From contig OZ240248.1 of assembly GCA_965198235.1 (NCBI GenBank), positions 800,001-864,000 of the forward strand: 64,000 nt of DNA, given 5' to 3'. The position numbers and the translations under genes were made by a program. Below the pieces are notes generated by a model. It saw nothing but the letters and a program-made list of their open reading frames with translations. It had not been told where the DNA came from and searched no databases. Position 1 is the first letter of the stretch; every line of letters begins with the position of its first letter. Source of the stretch: Candidatus Poribacteria bacterium. GTDB taxonomy: Bacteria; Poribacteria; WGA-4E; WGA-3G. Shown here one piece after another: positions 1 through 10,685 of the stretch.

Positions 1-361
1 AGGGTTTTTCCGCTTTCATCTTAAGAAATTCATAGAACTCGTAGAGCGTTTCCTTGTCTTTTTCCGTAAATTCCATCATCCCCTTGAACATAGCACTAAT
101 CTTTGGGTCGGCTAAGAGGTCATCATAGCTTTTGTCGGCTTTTCCAAGTAGGTAATCGGTAGTGACTTTTAAAGCATCGGAAAGACTTGAAAGTGTTTTA
201 AACGAGGGTTTTCGGGCTCCTGATTCAAATTGCGAGATCGCAGCAGGTGTTAGATTTGCCACCTTTGCAAGTTCTGTTTGTGTCAACTTCAATTCACGAC
301 GACGCAGTTTTATACGTGAGACGACTTTATCTGTATTTGAGTCTCTTGATTCTCTGCCCAC
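1..361 (-). CDS. XRE/Cro-CI family HTH transcriptional regulator (3' end runs off the window)
   Basis: Not in ORF track. Manual translation from GTG at 361 with GGAG upstream: MGRESRDSNTDKVVSRIKLRRRELKLTQTELAKVANLTPAAISQFESGARKPSFKTLSSLSDALKVTTDYLLG, a typical HTH_3 pattern. Confidence 0.9.
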   Translation of the reverse strand, partial: MGRESRDSNTDKVVSRIKLRRRELKLTQTELAKVANLTPAAISQFESGARKPSFKTLSSLSDALKVTTDYLLGKADKSYDDLLADPKISAMFKGMMEFTEKDKETLYEFYEFLKMKAEKP

Positions 362-541
362 GTTAAGCTCCTTATTATTAAACAGCGAACTATTGTTATA
401 ATACCGCTGAGTTTTCTTAAATTTCTTTAGCATCGCTGCAGCGTTGCAGTGAAATGTGGTTTTAAGGGAATTCTGCTTCAATGAGAGGCAAAAACGTGAA
501 ATATATTTTAACCTAAAAAAGCCTTAAATGCAAATTTTAAT

Positions 542-571
542 TTGACAAAAATTGCAATAATAATATACAAT
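542..571 (+). promoter_or_regulatory. Candidate sigma70 promoter for the giant-protein operon
   Basis: TTGACA (542-547), 18-nt spacer, TACAAT (566-571) in an AT-rich divergent intergenic region. Confidence 0.5.
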
Positions 572-886
572 ATACATATTACTTTCTAAAATTACGCCAG
601 TAGGCTCCGAAAACAGGAATCTATAGCGAAAAGCGACTACTTCATGATTTTCCGCGACACTTAAAAGAGACAGCATAAACGCGACCACCGAATCTAAAGA
701 ACAACGGAGCTAACACGAAAAAAATAGAAAAAGATATATGAACCGCATTCCACTTTGTAAGAGTGATCGGATGCTAGGGGTATAATTTCTTTGCGCGCTG
801 TTTTCCTGCGTATTCTCTCAGGGATACCCAAACGCGCTACAGAGGGAAAATCTGAAAAATCTGAAAAAGGCGGGAGACTTTACAAC

Positions 887-3800
887 ATGAAAATTCATAG
901 TAGGCACGAGTGCAGCTTACGACGCTTCAGTGCACTAATAAATGTATTAATGTTTTTCCTTTCCGTTTTGCTTGTCACTGGGCAACTGCCCGATACTGCA
1001 TACGCGCAAACAGTTTCCAGTACTGGCATGAAATCTGCAGCCATTCAGATTCGGGATGACCTCTCTATTGGCAACATTCGAAAGGACATTGCACGCCTCT
1101 CAAGCCTCGACAGTCGGGTAACGGGCTATCCACAAGCTGCGAGTGGCAGCAAATACATTTTTGACCGTTTCGTCGAAATAGGCTTGCAAAACGTGGAAAG
1201 TCGCGAGTTCTCCGTCACTGTGCCGATCGACCACGGCGATAGCATCATTGAAGTACTCTCCCCAGAAGCCAACCTACTACATGCCTTTAAACTCACCCCA
1301 CTCTGGCCCAATCTTGTGCGGACCTCCCTGTTAGCAGACGGAATTAAACACACTGTGTTAGCAGGGGAAACACTTAAAGACATCGCAGAAAGTTACCAAG
1401 TTGATGAGACGACTATCCTTGCAGACGACCGGAACAAATTTCTGGCGACCCCAGTTGTCGAAGGAACCACCGTATTTATTCCAACAGGAGGTTTGTCTGG
1501 TCCCCTCCTTTACGGCGATGATGGCGAACTCGCCGATTTCAACGGCACCAACATTGGCGGATTTTGGCACAAGCTCCAAGATGGGGATACGCTCACAACG
1601 CTCGCTCGACGCTATCGTATCACCGAAGCCAGCATCACCGATGATATACTTAATGAACACCTGCAAAAAGCGTCCGATGGCATCGACAATGATGAGGATG
1701 GCACTATTGATGAATATGGCGAAATCCCCCAGCTTTCTGAAATCTTAGGGTGGGGAACAGATGGTATTGACAACGATGCAGATGGCTGGACAGACGAAAT
1801 TCCGGGGGACGACACTGATGAAATTGATAACGACAACGATGGACAAGTCGATGAATCCGGCGAGTTTATCGCCGCGAGTGAATCACATATCTTTATCCCG
1901 AAAGGGGCGATAGTCCTTCTCGATTTTAACTCCAGTACTCGTTATATCAATGCGGCAATGCTCGGTGGCACTGCCGTTATCTTTATCCAACCCGAAACAA
2001 CCATCCGAGGTGAAGCAGAAAATAAGTTCGGTACCGTCCCTGCTAATATACCACGATTTTGGATCTCCAAAGAAGATGCTGCTGTCCTAACCAATTTGTT
2101 GGAAGAACAACAGGCTCAGGGGAATCAAGTTAATGTTCGTGTCAGAGGTAAGATGACTTGGGAACGCCGCGTCGGGCAAAATATACGTGGGTTTTTGGAG
2201 GGTGGAGACCCGACCTTACGTGATGAACTCATCATTCTCACAGCTTATTACGACTCCATGTCTGTCGTCCCCGCAATGGCACCCGGTGCTGATCCAACTT
2301 GCGGTATCGCGACCCTCATGGAACTCGCGCGCCTTTTTAGTCAACCCCAATATCGGCCCGGCTATTCTGTTCTGCTTGTTGCAGTTGATGGACACTTCCA
2401 AGGGCTTGCGGGTATGCGCGCCTTCATGGAAGGCATTGGACAAGATATTGTCGGTTCTGCCACCAATTCACCCGGTACACCAACGATGCACGGACTTCGC
2501 CGTGGACTCTCTACAGATGTCATCGAATTTGAAGAATTGGGCAGAAGGCTTCTGCTCTCCATTGACCGGAGCGTCCTCGTCGATCTCCCTGCTGACTTTT
2601 TCCACGGTATACACAACGTAAAGTCTGACTTAGACTCCCTCACAACCACACTGGATGGCTTGGCAAAAACACGGTCTGAGATTGAATCTCTTACAGAGCA
2701 ACAGCGGGACTTTTCAGAACGCCAGAAGAAGCAGACAGATAGGAATCGAAAACGTGAAAAGCAAGGCTTCACAGGTGAAGAGAAGAGTCGTTTGTTAGCA
2801 AATCTTGCCCGCTCGAAGAAAGAGGCTCTGCAAACGACACATTTCCTCCGAGATATTGTCAGCAGGTTAGCTGAGGTTCGTGCCGTTGCACTCAACACGA
2901 GCCGATCCGCGCAGCGCGAATTAATCGAAACGCTTGGACTACCGATTGCCCGTCTTGACACATGGGCGGTACAGAAACTCACTCACGCTATAGAGACCGG
3001 TAACACCGACGAATATGGTACGCACCCAAATGATTCCTACCTTATTCCGGTGCAACAAGGTTCAGACTGGCAAGCCCTAACACCGGAAGACCTTCCACAA
3101 GAACTCGTCCCTGATATTGAGATGCTTAACAAAACCCTCGCAAACTGGGAGATGAGCGACAAACGCAAATTTGCGCTGATATGGACTCCCGAGAAAATAC
3201 TCGACCGGCATCTTGATTTACACTCACTCAACAAAGCGAAAGAAGCACGCAGTGTTTTACGAAATGCCAACGACTCCCAAGAAGTCGCGATCCAGCGAGA
3301 GAACCAGTTACTTGAAAAGGTTCTGGCACAAATACCTGACAGCCAACCCGTTGAAGATGAGATTAAAGGCAGCATTCGGCAACTCAAGGAAACGCCGATG
3401 GGGAAACCAAGCGGGGATTCTCTGATTTATGGCGGTAAGTTTTTGTCGAAAGCCGGGATAGAACGCCTTAACACTATTGATACCCAACTTCGACAGCGAT
3501 TAAACGAATCTGAAGACACCGTTGATGCTGCTATATTGATAGCCGATCTTCTCAAAGACAAACAAAGTATCTTTGAAATTGCCCTCCGCAACGCCCGATT
3601 GGAACGAACGCGTATCCAGAATTTGATCGCAACAGCCGGAACGTTAGGTCGGGAATACTTGGATGAAGAACGTCTCATTTTGGAAAACTACCTATCAGAT
3701 GATGAAGTCGAACAGGCACTTTCGTTGCGCTCCCGCATCTCATCACACATTAACGAAAAAGAACTGTTAGGGATCGTCAAAAAACGTGCGGACACAGACA

Positions 3801-6800
3801 TCGTAGCACTTGAAAATCTCGTTGAACGGTTACCCACATTAGATACCGATTTGGATGAAGAGACTAAAGTGCTCCTACGCGATAATATGCTGACGCTCCG
3901 AAACGCACGCTTCCGTAACATCCAGAGTCGCATTGAAAAGATGTTGCGCATTGACACCGACGAATACAATCGAAAACTCGGACAGATCGAGGCGGCTATC
4001 GCACTTCAAGACCTATTCAACCGGTATTATACCTCCCTCTATATTAGTATTGACTTCTCCTCACAATCAAATCAGTTCGGGGTGTTCAACAAGGGATGGT
4101 TCTACGATCAGCAACCCGAATTTGTATTACGTCGCGAGTTCGCAAGCATCGGCAATAAGCTTGCCGCTTACGCCGAAGATGCTGATTTCGGTGTCCGTGT
4201 CCGGAAACTCTGGCAGTGGACAGATGACCAAATTCGACAAGCCGTTATGGCAAGCCAATGGACGGTTGCAAACGGGATCTCTGATAAAGCAGCTCTTGAA
4301 GGGAAGACACTTGAAACGTTACTGAGCGCGCACTTCGACAAACTCACCGGTCTCAGCGGGGTGAGCCGACTGATGAAAATGCAGTTTGAACAGTGGCGTA
4401 ATCAAGGTGAACCCTCCGAGGATATGCTCAAGGATATGGACTATATCCGCAAAGAGGTCGAGCGTTTCATCCGAAATGATGTCCGCACTGCGAAGAAAAA
4501 TCGAAAGAATAATATCCGTACACGTGAGCAGCTGGACGCAATGCTACAGCTTCGATACGAAGACCCAGACACCTTTTCCGACGAAGAAATTGAGGATATC
4601 AAAACTCTTATTTCAATCGCGGGACTTGGGGGTGAGTCAAATTTCGTTAACGCCATCTCCGCAAGTGGCGGAAAGACTTGGAAAACCTATATCCCCGGTA
4701 AAATTGCTTTTGACAGTGAGGTCGCAACGCTTGTCGGAAAAACCGGAATCGCTTTTGCAACTATCGAAGATGCACGTGTCTTAACGGACACACCCCTCGA
4801 TACGATTGAACGCGTTGACTTGCGCGAAGGCGGTAATCTTCATCAGCAAGCACAGACATTGGCATCGTTACTCATCCAAGCACTTCGGGACGAAGAAATG
4901 CCTACCGCCGCACGCGTCGGGAATTTCTACTGCAACCTCTTTGGGGATGTCGTTGAATTTGACGCACGCGAGTCCGCACTACCGAATAAACCGGTACCTT
5001 ATCCCATCTTGACTCTCCGCAGGAAAAACAAAACCATGATGGGTGTCCGTGGGGACCTGTTTGTGATGGGCGATAACAAGGGCAACTTTGAGGTTGCCGG
5101 GTTAGCTATGGAAGGTAGAGCCACACGACGTCTCAAGGGGAAACAAGAAGTCGAAGCATATATTCTCGATCAAGATTCTGGAGATATCATCTACGCACCT
5201 GATTTAGGGAATTACGGTGCCAAGCTGCTTCCTAATGAAATTCCCATCAATACTCGTAGACGGGGTTGTCGGGTCGTCACATTTCCGTGCGTATCTACAA
5301 CTATCTACGACTTGGTGGATCAGCGGTACCTACGGACCTTGCGGGAACTCGAAGTCTATGATGCACTCACCGATAGCGCGCCGGAGAAGTTCGGGATGTC
5401 CAAACCGTGGCAGCAGCAAGGTGTGTCCGCAGCCGAGCCCATCGCTCTCGTGTATAGTAAGCCTAACACCCGCATTAAAATTGGGATGGCATACGGACAG
5501 ATCGGTAAACGACTCCTACTCATCAAAGCAACTAAGAGTGGTATGAAGAACCCGACGCTTTATACTGGTGAGGGGTTTGTCGTCCGCGAAAACGGACAAA
5601 TTCGCCTCACTCCATACGTCGTTGTCCGGGATATGTGGTGGCTCGATGAGAACCGCTCACGACTTTATAAACGGTTTGGTATCTCCAGCGACCGGCTTGA
5701 TAAACTCCATCAATTTGCGAATGATTATCTCGCACGAGCAGAGATTGAATTACTCCAAAAGGACTATCAACAAGCACTCAAACTCGCGCGTGCCGCGTGG
5801 GGCTACGAATCACGTGCATATCCGGATGTCAAACAGACCGGTAATGATGTCGTTAACGGTGTAATGTTCTATCTCGCTTTACTGATGCCGTTCGCGTACT
5901 TTATGGAGCGGCTCATTTTCGGTTTCCCAAATATCCACAAGCAGATTTTGGGATCGTTCGGCATCTTTTTACTTGTATTCTTCTTCCTAAGCCAAGTTCA
6001 CCCCGCATTCCAGATCGCGACTACACCTGTGATTATTTTGATCTCGTTCGTAGTGCTTGCATTGACGGTTATCGTCATCAGTATCATTGTCCGAAAATTC
6101 GAGGAGCAACTCGAAAAGATCCGGCAAGAAGGAAGTAAGGTTTATAAAGCAGATGTCGGCAGATTGAGTGCAAGTGCCGCCGCATTTAGTTTAGGTATCT
6201 CCAACATGCGGAAACGGAAAGGACGGACGATCCTGACATGTTGTACGTTGGTAATCCTGACATTTACTGTTATCTCGTTCACTTCTGTGCGAACGTTTAT
6301 GCACCCGAATAGAACAAGCCTCCCGCAAGTGACACCGCGCTATACGGGACTTCTTATCCGCGACCAGTACTGGCGCCCGCTTGAGGAACCCGTGCTCACC
6401 TCCGTGCTAAATGACATGCAAAAGACGCAGATCACACTTACCGCCTTAGAACGACTTTTGGCACGTAAGAACGAACTCTTAACCAAGCAAAGGCAACAAT
6501 CGATTGACATCACAGAAGCACGCAGGGCTTTAGAAGAGGGTGGCTTCATTGAACAAGTAGAGGAAAACCCCGTCTTGATCGTCCGGAATGTCGTCGCACC
6601 GCGCGCATGGTATCAATCCTCAGGAACTGGCGACCAATCGTTTGTCCAACTCACACGTACCTCAAACGTAGCAGATCCATCGCCTCCGACCCACCAACTC
6701 ACGGGTGAAGCGTTGACTTTCGCCGCAAACATGCTCGTGGGTATGAACGAATCCGAACCCGGTGTCAGCGGTATCGACAGATACCTCCAATACGGAAAAT

Positions 6801-8215
6801 GGTTCAACCCTGTAGACGCCGACGAATGGCCAACAGAATGGCCCTACGCCATCGTGTTGCCTAAAGGGATGGCAGAGTTGCTTAAGATCACCGAAAGCGA
6901 TATGGGCAAAGCCACCGTTTCTGTTTACGGCGCCGACTTCACCGTCGTCGGTGTCCTCGGTATCGGTTTCAAGGACCTCACCGATAACGATGGTGAAGAA
7001 CTTACACCCGTCGATTATCAGTTGATGCAACAGCAGCGGAGCCGCGGTGCCACTGGCGATGAGACACTTGAAGGTGAATTACAGAAGTACCTCCATCTCA
7101 CACCAGACAGCGTCGCCATCCTGCCATACGAGGTGGTCATGAATCAAGGAGGCACGCTTCGAAGCGTTGCTGTTAACATGGAACCGAGAGAGGGTGACCC
7201 GAAACTATTAGGTGCAACAGATAAGTTGGACCTCATCATGGCACCGCTCATGAACCGTATTGCCCTTGACTTCTTTGTCGGGCGCGATAAAGATACATAC
7301 CTCTACAGTAGTATCGGAATGACGAGTTTTAGTGGTATGGGCAACTTGTTTGTACCGATCCTGATCGCGGCTCTTATCGTCCTTAACACCATGCTTGGAG
7401 CCGTTTATGAACGGGTACGTGAAATCGGTATTTACAGTTCTGTCGGGCTCGCGCCTGTGCATATCGCCTTCCTTTTCCTTGCGGAGGCATGCGTATACGC
7501 CATCGTTGGTGCGGTGTTAGGCTATCTCATGGGACAAGCGATAGCGACAACCCTCGTGAATTTCGGCTGGCTTGCTGGGCTGACGCTCAATTACTCGTCA
7601 ATGTCAACCGTTGTTGCGACGATTATTGTCATGGCTGTAGTGCTGCTGAGTACACTGTATCCAGCGATCAAAGCCTCACGGATGGCGGTCCCTGATATCG
7701 AACGTAAGTGGAAACTCCCGGAACCTGAAGGTGACGTATGGCATTTCAACCTGCCCTTCACCGTCCTTGAAGAAGAGGCACTCGGTCTGAACGTCTTTAT
7801 GCGGGATTATTTTGAGGCACATGCAGACGAATCCGCCAGTGATTTCTATACAGATCAGGTTGCTTTCAGCCGAGCGGAAATCGAAGATTCCTACCAGATC
7901 GGGATGATGGTATGGCTGGCACCTTACGACTTGGGCGTGAGTCAGTCTATTCAGTTTGTTACATCCCCAGTCGGTGGTGAAGAAGAGGATCTCTACAAAA
8001 TCACATTGGATGTGCACCGCGAGAGTGGTGAGATTGCCTCTTGGAAGCGGGTCAACCGGCGTTTCCTCAATCTGCTGCGGAAACAACTTCTGATTTGGCG
8101 GACATTCAGTGTCGATATCCGGGCAGAGTTCCATGAACGTGGCAGAACTGAGGGCACTGACACACCGACAGAAGAAGCAGGACAGATGGACCCAGTACCG
8201 ACACCCGCGGATTAA
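887..8215 (+). CDS. Giant membrane protein: signal/TM, M28-peptidase-like domain with PA, 2 LysM and DxxDND acidic inserts, long helical insertions, TM bundle, MacB/FtsX-type permease C-terminus
   Basis: Likely ATG 887 with GGGAG RBS. M28-like motifs SRVTGYP and TAYYDS...APGAD...GIATLMELA. LysM-like HTVLAGETLKDIAESYQV and HKLQDGDTLTTLARRYRI. FtsX motif LNTMLGAVYERVREIGIYSSVGLAP. Confidence 0.85.
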   Translation: MKIHSRHECSLRRFSALINVLMFFLSVLLVTGQLPDTAYAQTVSSTGMKSAAIQIRDDLSIGNIRKDIARLSSLDSRVTGYPQAASGSKYIFDRFVEIGLQNVESREFSVTVPIDHGDSIIEVLSPEANLLHAFKLTPLWPNLVRTSLLADGIKHTVLAGETLKDIAESYQVDETTILADDRNKFLATPVVEGTTVFIPTGGLSGPLLYGDDGELADFNGTNIGGFWHKLQDGDTLTTLARRYRITEASITDDILNEHLQKASDGIDNDEDGTIDEYGEIPQLSEILGWGTDGIDNDADGWTDEIPGDDTDEIDNDNDGQVDESGEFIAASESHIFIPKGAIVLLDFNSSTRYINAAMLGGTAVIFIQPETTIRGEAENKFGTVPANIPRFWISKEDAAVLTNLLEEQQAQGNQVNVRVRGKMTWERRVGQNIRGFLEGGDPTLRDELIILTAYYDSMSVVPAMAPGADPTCGIATLMELARLFSQPQYRPGYSVLLVAVDGHFQGLAGMRAFMEGIGQDIVGSATNSPGTPTMHGLRRGLSTDVIEFEELGRRLLLSIDRSVLVDLPADFFHGIHNVKSDLDSLTTTLDGLAKTRSEIESLTEQQRDFSERQKKQTDRNRKREKQGFTGEEKSRLLANLARSKKEALQTTHFLRDIVSRLAEVRAVALNTSRSAQRELIETLGLPIARLDTWAVQKLTHAIETGNTDEYGTHPNDSYLIPVQQGSDWQALTPEDLPQELVPDIEMLNKTLANWEMSDKRKFALIWTPEKILDRHLDLHSLNKAKEARSVLRNANDSQEVAIQRENQLLEKVLAQIPDSQPVEDEIKGSIRQLKETPMGKPSGDSLIYGGKFLSKAGIERLNTIDTQLRQRLNESEDTVDAAILIADLLKDKQSIFEIALRNARLERTRIQNLIATAGTLGREYLDEERLILENYLSDDEVEQALSLRSRISSHINEKELLGIVKKRADTDIVALENLVERLPTLDTDLDEETKVLLRDNMLTLRNARFRNIQSRIEKMLRIDTDEYNRKLGQIEAAIALQDLFNRYYTSLYISIDFSSQSNQFGVFNKGWFYDQQPEFVLRREFASIGNKLAAYAEDADFGVRVRKLWQWTDDQIRQAVMASQWTVANGISDKAALEGKTLETLLSAHFDKLTGLSGVSRLMKMQFEQWRNQGEPSEDMLKDMDYIRKEVERFIRNDVRTAKKNRKNNIRTREQLDAMLQLRYEDPDTFSDEEIEDIKTLISIAGLGGESNFVNAISASGGKTWKTYIPGKIAFDSEVATLVGKTGIAFATIEDARVLTDTPLDTIERVDLREGGNLHQQAQTLASLLIQALRDEEMPTAARVGNFYCNLFGDVVEFDARESALPNKPVPYPILTLRRKNKTMMGVRGDLFVMGDNKGNFEVAGLAMEGRATRRLKGKQEVEAYILDQDSGDIIYAPDLGNYGAKLLPNEIPINTRRRGCRVVTFPCVSTTIYDLVDQRYLRTLRELEVYDALTDSAPEKFGMSKPWQQQGVSAAEPIALVYSKPNTRIKIGMAYGQIGKRLLLIKATKSGMKNPTLYTGEGFVVRENGQIRLTPYVVVRDMWWLDENRSRLYKRFGISSDRLDKLHQFANDYLARAEIELLQKDYQQALKLARAAWGYESRAYPDVKQTGNDVVNGVMFYLALLMPFAYFMERLIFGFPNIHKQILGSFGIFLLVFFFLSQVHPAFQIATTPVIILISFVVLALTVIVISIIVRKFEEQLEKIRQEGSKVYKADVGRLSASAAAFSLGISNMRKRKGRTILTCCTLVILTFTVISFTSVRTFMHPNRTSLPQVTPRYTGLLIRDQYWRPLEEPVLTSVLNDMQKTQITLTALERLLARKNELLTKQRQQSIDITEARRALEEGGFIEQVEENPVLIVRNVVAPRAWYQSSGTGDQSFVQLTRTSNVADPSPPTHQLTGEALTFAANMLVGMNESEPGVSGIDRYLQYGKWFNPVDADEWPTEWPYAIVLPKGMAELLKITESDMGKATVSVYGADFTVVGVLGIGFKDLTDNDGEELTPVDYQLMQQQRSRGATGDETLEGELQKYLHLTPDSVAILPYEVVMNQGGTLRSVAVNMEPREGDPKLLGATDKLDLIMAPLMNRIALDFFVGRDKDTYLYSSIGMTSFSGMGNLFVPILIAALIVLNTMLGAVYERVREIGIYSSVGLAPVHIAFLFLAEACVYAIVGAVLGYLMGQAIATTLVNFGWLAGLTLNYSSMSTVVATIIVMAVVLLSTLYPAIKASRMAVPDIERKWKLPEPEGDVWHFNLPFTVLEEEALGLNVFMRDYFEAHADESASDFYTDQVAFSRAEIEDSYQIGMMVWLAPYDLGVSQSIQFVTSPVGGEEEDLYKITLDVHRESGEIASWKRVNRRFLNLLRKQLLIWRTFSVDIRAEFHERGRTEGTDTPTEEAGQMDPVPTPAD

Positions 8216-8217
8216 GA

Positions 8218-8349
8218 TTTTCTAATTATTAAAATCTGGTCATCGTTCCACTACGTTTCACGATGGTTTTCGGTTAATTCTAACCGCAACTTCACCAGAC
8301 ATCTGCCCGAAACGAAGTGGAGGGCAGCTCAGAGGCACATAGTTAAAAA
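8218..8349. repeat. Intergenic TIR/twin-hairpin element (family A), copy 1
   Basis: Ends TTTTCTAATTAT...ATAGTTAAAAA. Hairpins catcgt-tccactacgtttc-acgatg and ctgccc-gaaacgaagtgga-gggcag. Confidence 0.8.
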
Positions 8350-8538
8350 ATGGAAAAAGTAGCAAGCCTTATTATCATCATCGGCACCTTCTTATGGCTG
8401 TTCAGCGTTTTCGCCCTCGAAGGGCGTTGGCAATGGCAGATGTTCTCAGCCCTCGTGCTGGCGGTTGGTATTTTCTGGGCGCATTTCTGGGAAGAACTAC
8501 GAAACACCGATAACACCGAAGAATCAGACGAAGAGTGA
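8350..8538 (+). CDS. Small 62-aa protein with two hydrophobic helices and an acidic tail
   Basis: In operon orientation; two TM-like stretches followed by EELRNTDNTEESDEE. Confidence 0.6.
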   Translation: MEKVASLIIIIGTFLWLFSVFALEGRWQWQMFSALVLAVGIFWAHFWEELRNTDNTEESDEE

Positions 8539-8694
8539 CGGACGAACAGAAGACCTGTAGGGTTGGAAGGTCTTTAGGAGTGCCACACGGGCAGTCCTCA
8601 TAGACTGATACAGAGCGAGACCGGAAAATGCCGACCAACCCCCCTTCCCAGTAACGGGTGGGGACCCCTGTCAAAAGAAAGGAGAACATTCAAT

Positions 8695-10683
8695 TTGGCG
8701 AGAGAAAGAGTATCACAAGCAGATGAATGGCAAGCTTGGGCACAGCGATACGACATTGAAGGCGGTATTCGTACCTTTGAGTCGGGGCTAACAGTTAAGG
8801 TGTTTGTTGGAGCACTTTTCGTTGGCTTACTGATGATGCCAGGTTCCATCTATCTCAGTTATGTATCGGGTGAATCCGGTGCTGGTGCAGCACCTTGGGT
8901 TGCCGTTATTCTATTCACCGAACTCGCGCGGCGTTCCTTTACAACTGCCCGACGACAGGAGCTTTATATGCTCCTCGGGTTAACAGGCGCAGCTGTTGGA
9001 AGTGGGCTCCAGTACCGGAACTTTATCTGGTACGCCTACTTTATCAATACCCCGCAGGCAGCTTCTTATGAAATCGCAGACAAAATCCCAGATTGGATCG
9101 TACCTGCAGGTGATTCTGTCGGCGTACTCACGCGAAGTCTGATACATCCGGACTGGTTTCTGCCTATCGGTATCTACCTCGTAGGAAAACTGCTGGGGAC
9201 ACTGCGATTTGTCAGTGGACAGTATATTCTGTTTCGGCTTACGGCAGACCTTGAACGACTCCCATATCCGATGGCACCGATTAGTGCCCAAGGGGCAACC
9301 GCACTCGCAGAAACGACAGGTAAAGAAGAGACCTGGCGATGGCGCGTTTTCTCCATCGGTTCTATGGCAGGACTTATCTGGGGGTTCCTCTATATCGGTG
9401 TGCCTTCGCTCACCGGTGTTATGATGAGCCAGCCGATTCAGATCCTGAAGATCCCGTGGATAGATTTCACACAGAGTATTGAAGGTTTCGCACCAACAGG
9501 TGTTTTCGCCTTCCGAACCGATTTTGGACAGATGCTCATTGGGTTCGTGATGCCGTTCCCGATTATCATGACAGAGTTTATCACGGCGATGGCATCGCAA
9601 TTTATTTTGAATCCACAAATTCTGTACCGCTACGAGATTCTTCATCAGTGGACCCCGGGTTTAGATGTCCGTGGTGTCGGCTTGTTCAACGGACTGGATT
9701 TCTGGATTAGTTACGGTATGGGGAAATCCTTTAGCCTTGCGCTCGTTGGAATGGCAGCTTCAATCCCGATGCTCGTTAAACTACGGAAATCCCAGAAAAC
9801 CGCAGGCGAACGCGGTTCCTTCGCGACCCCTCCGAACCGTGGCGATTTCCCAATCTGGTTGATGGGATTAATGTGGTTCATCGGTATGGCTGGATTCATA
9901 TGGCTCATCCATTGGATGGTTCCTAACTTCCCCTTGAGTTTCCTGATAGGCTACGCATTTCTGTACACGCCAATTAATTCGTATATTACCGCACGAACCT
10001 TTGGGGTCTTGGGGCGCGATCTCTTTGAAATACCGTATCTACACGAAATTACCTTTATTTTGAGCCGATACGAAGAGGTAGACATTTGGTTCGCACCACT
10101 CCCAGACGAAGATTATGGACGTGGCACCCAGAATTGGCGAGTCCTTGAATTGACAGGGACGACCTTCACTTCAAATCTCGCTGGCACACTGCTGATTATG
10201 CCGATTTTGCTTGTCAGTGGAATTGTGGTGCTTCACTTTATCTGGAAGATTGCCCCTATTCCGAGTGCACAGTATCCGTTTGCACAGATGATGTGGCCCA
10301 TTAACGCCACAAATGAATGTCTCTGGAAAACGTCGCTTCGGGATGGAAACAGCCAAATGCTTCAAGCGATTCGGGGTGATTACGTCGCCGCCGGATTTAC
10401 GTCAAGCCTCGCAATCTACGGGATGTTGTGGGTATTTAAACTACCCTCAATGTGGTACTACGGAATTATCGGTGGTATCGGCGCAGATCCGGGGGGCATG
10501 GTTGCACGGCTACTTGGTGCGATCATTGGACGGTTCTACATGATTAAGCGATTCGGGATGCGGCGTTGGTATATGTTCAACCCGGTCCTTGCAGCAGGAT
10601 TTGCCTGCGGGGTTGGCCTCATCGGCATGGGAACTGTAGCAATTGCCCTTGTTTCTAAAGCCGTAATCGTCAAACCGTTTTAA
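8695..10683 (+). CDS. Polytopic membrane protein, OPT (oligopeptide transporter) superfamily-like
   Basis: TTG start with AAGGAG RBS; many hydrophobic segments; motifs RQELYML, D-LERLPYPMAPI and APIPSAQYP. Confidence 0.75.
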   Translation: MARERVSQADEWQAWAQRYDIEGGIRTFESGLTVKVFVGALFVGLLMMPGSIYLSYVSGESGAGAAPWVAVILFTELARRSFTTARRQELYMLLGLTGAAVGSGLQYRNFIWYAYFINTPQAASYEIADKIPDWIVPAGDSVGVLTRSLIHPDWFLPIGIYLVGKLLGTLRFVSGQYILFRLTADLERLPYPMAPISAQGATALAETTGKEETWRWRVFSIGSMAGLIWGFLYIGVPSLTGVMMSQPIQILKIPWIDFTQSIEGFAPTGVFAFRTDFGQMLIGFVMPFPIIMTEFITAMASQFILNPQILYRYEILHQWTPGLDVRGVGLFNGLDFWISYGMGKSFSLALVGMAASIPMLVKLRKSQKTAGERGSFATPPNRGDFPIWLMGLMWFIGMAGFIWLIHWMVPNFPLSFLIGYAFLYTPINSYITARTFGVLGRDLFEIPYLHEITFILSRYEEVDIWFAPLPDEDYGRGTQNWRVLELTGTTFTSNLAGTLLIMPILLVSGIVVLHFIWKIAPIPSAQYPFAQMMWPINATNECLWKTSLRDGNSQMLQAIRGDYVAAGFTSSLAIYGMLWVFKLPSMWYYGIIGGIGADPGGMVARLLGAIIGRFYMIKRFGMRRWYMFNPVLAAGFACGVGLIGMGTVAIALVSKAVIVKPF

Positions 10684-10685
10684 TC

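Noticed and set aside
791-886. Longest-ORF starts from the track (791; also 26175, 30598, 33340, 51861, 53370, 55585, 61807)
   Set aside because: The extensions run through repeat elements or leaders; downstream starts fit RBS position and family N-termini better.
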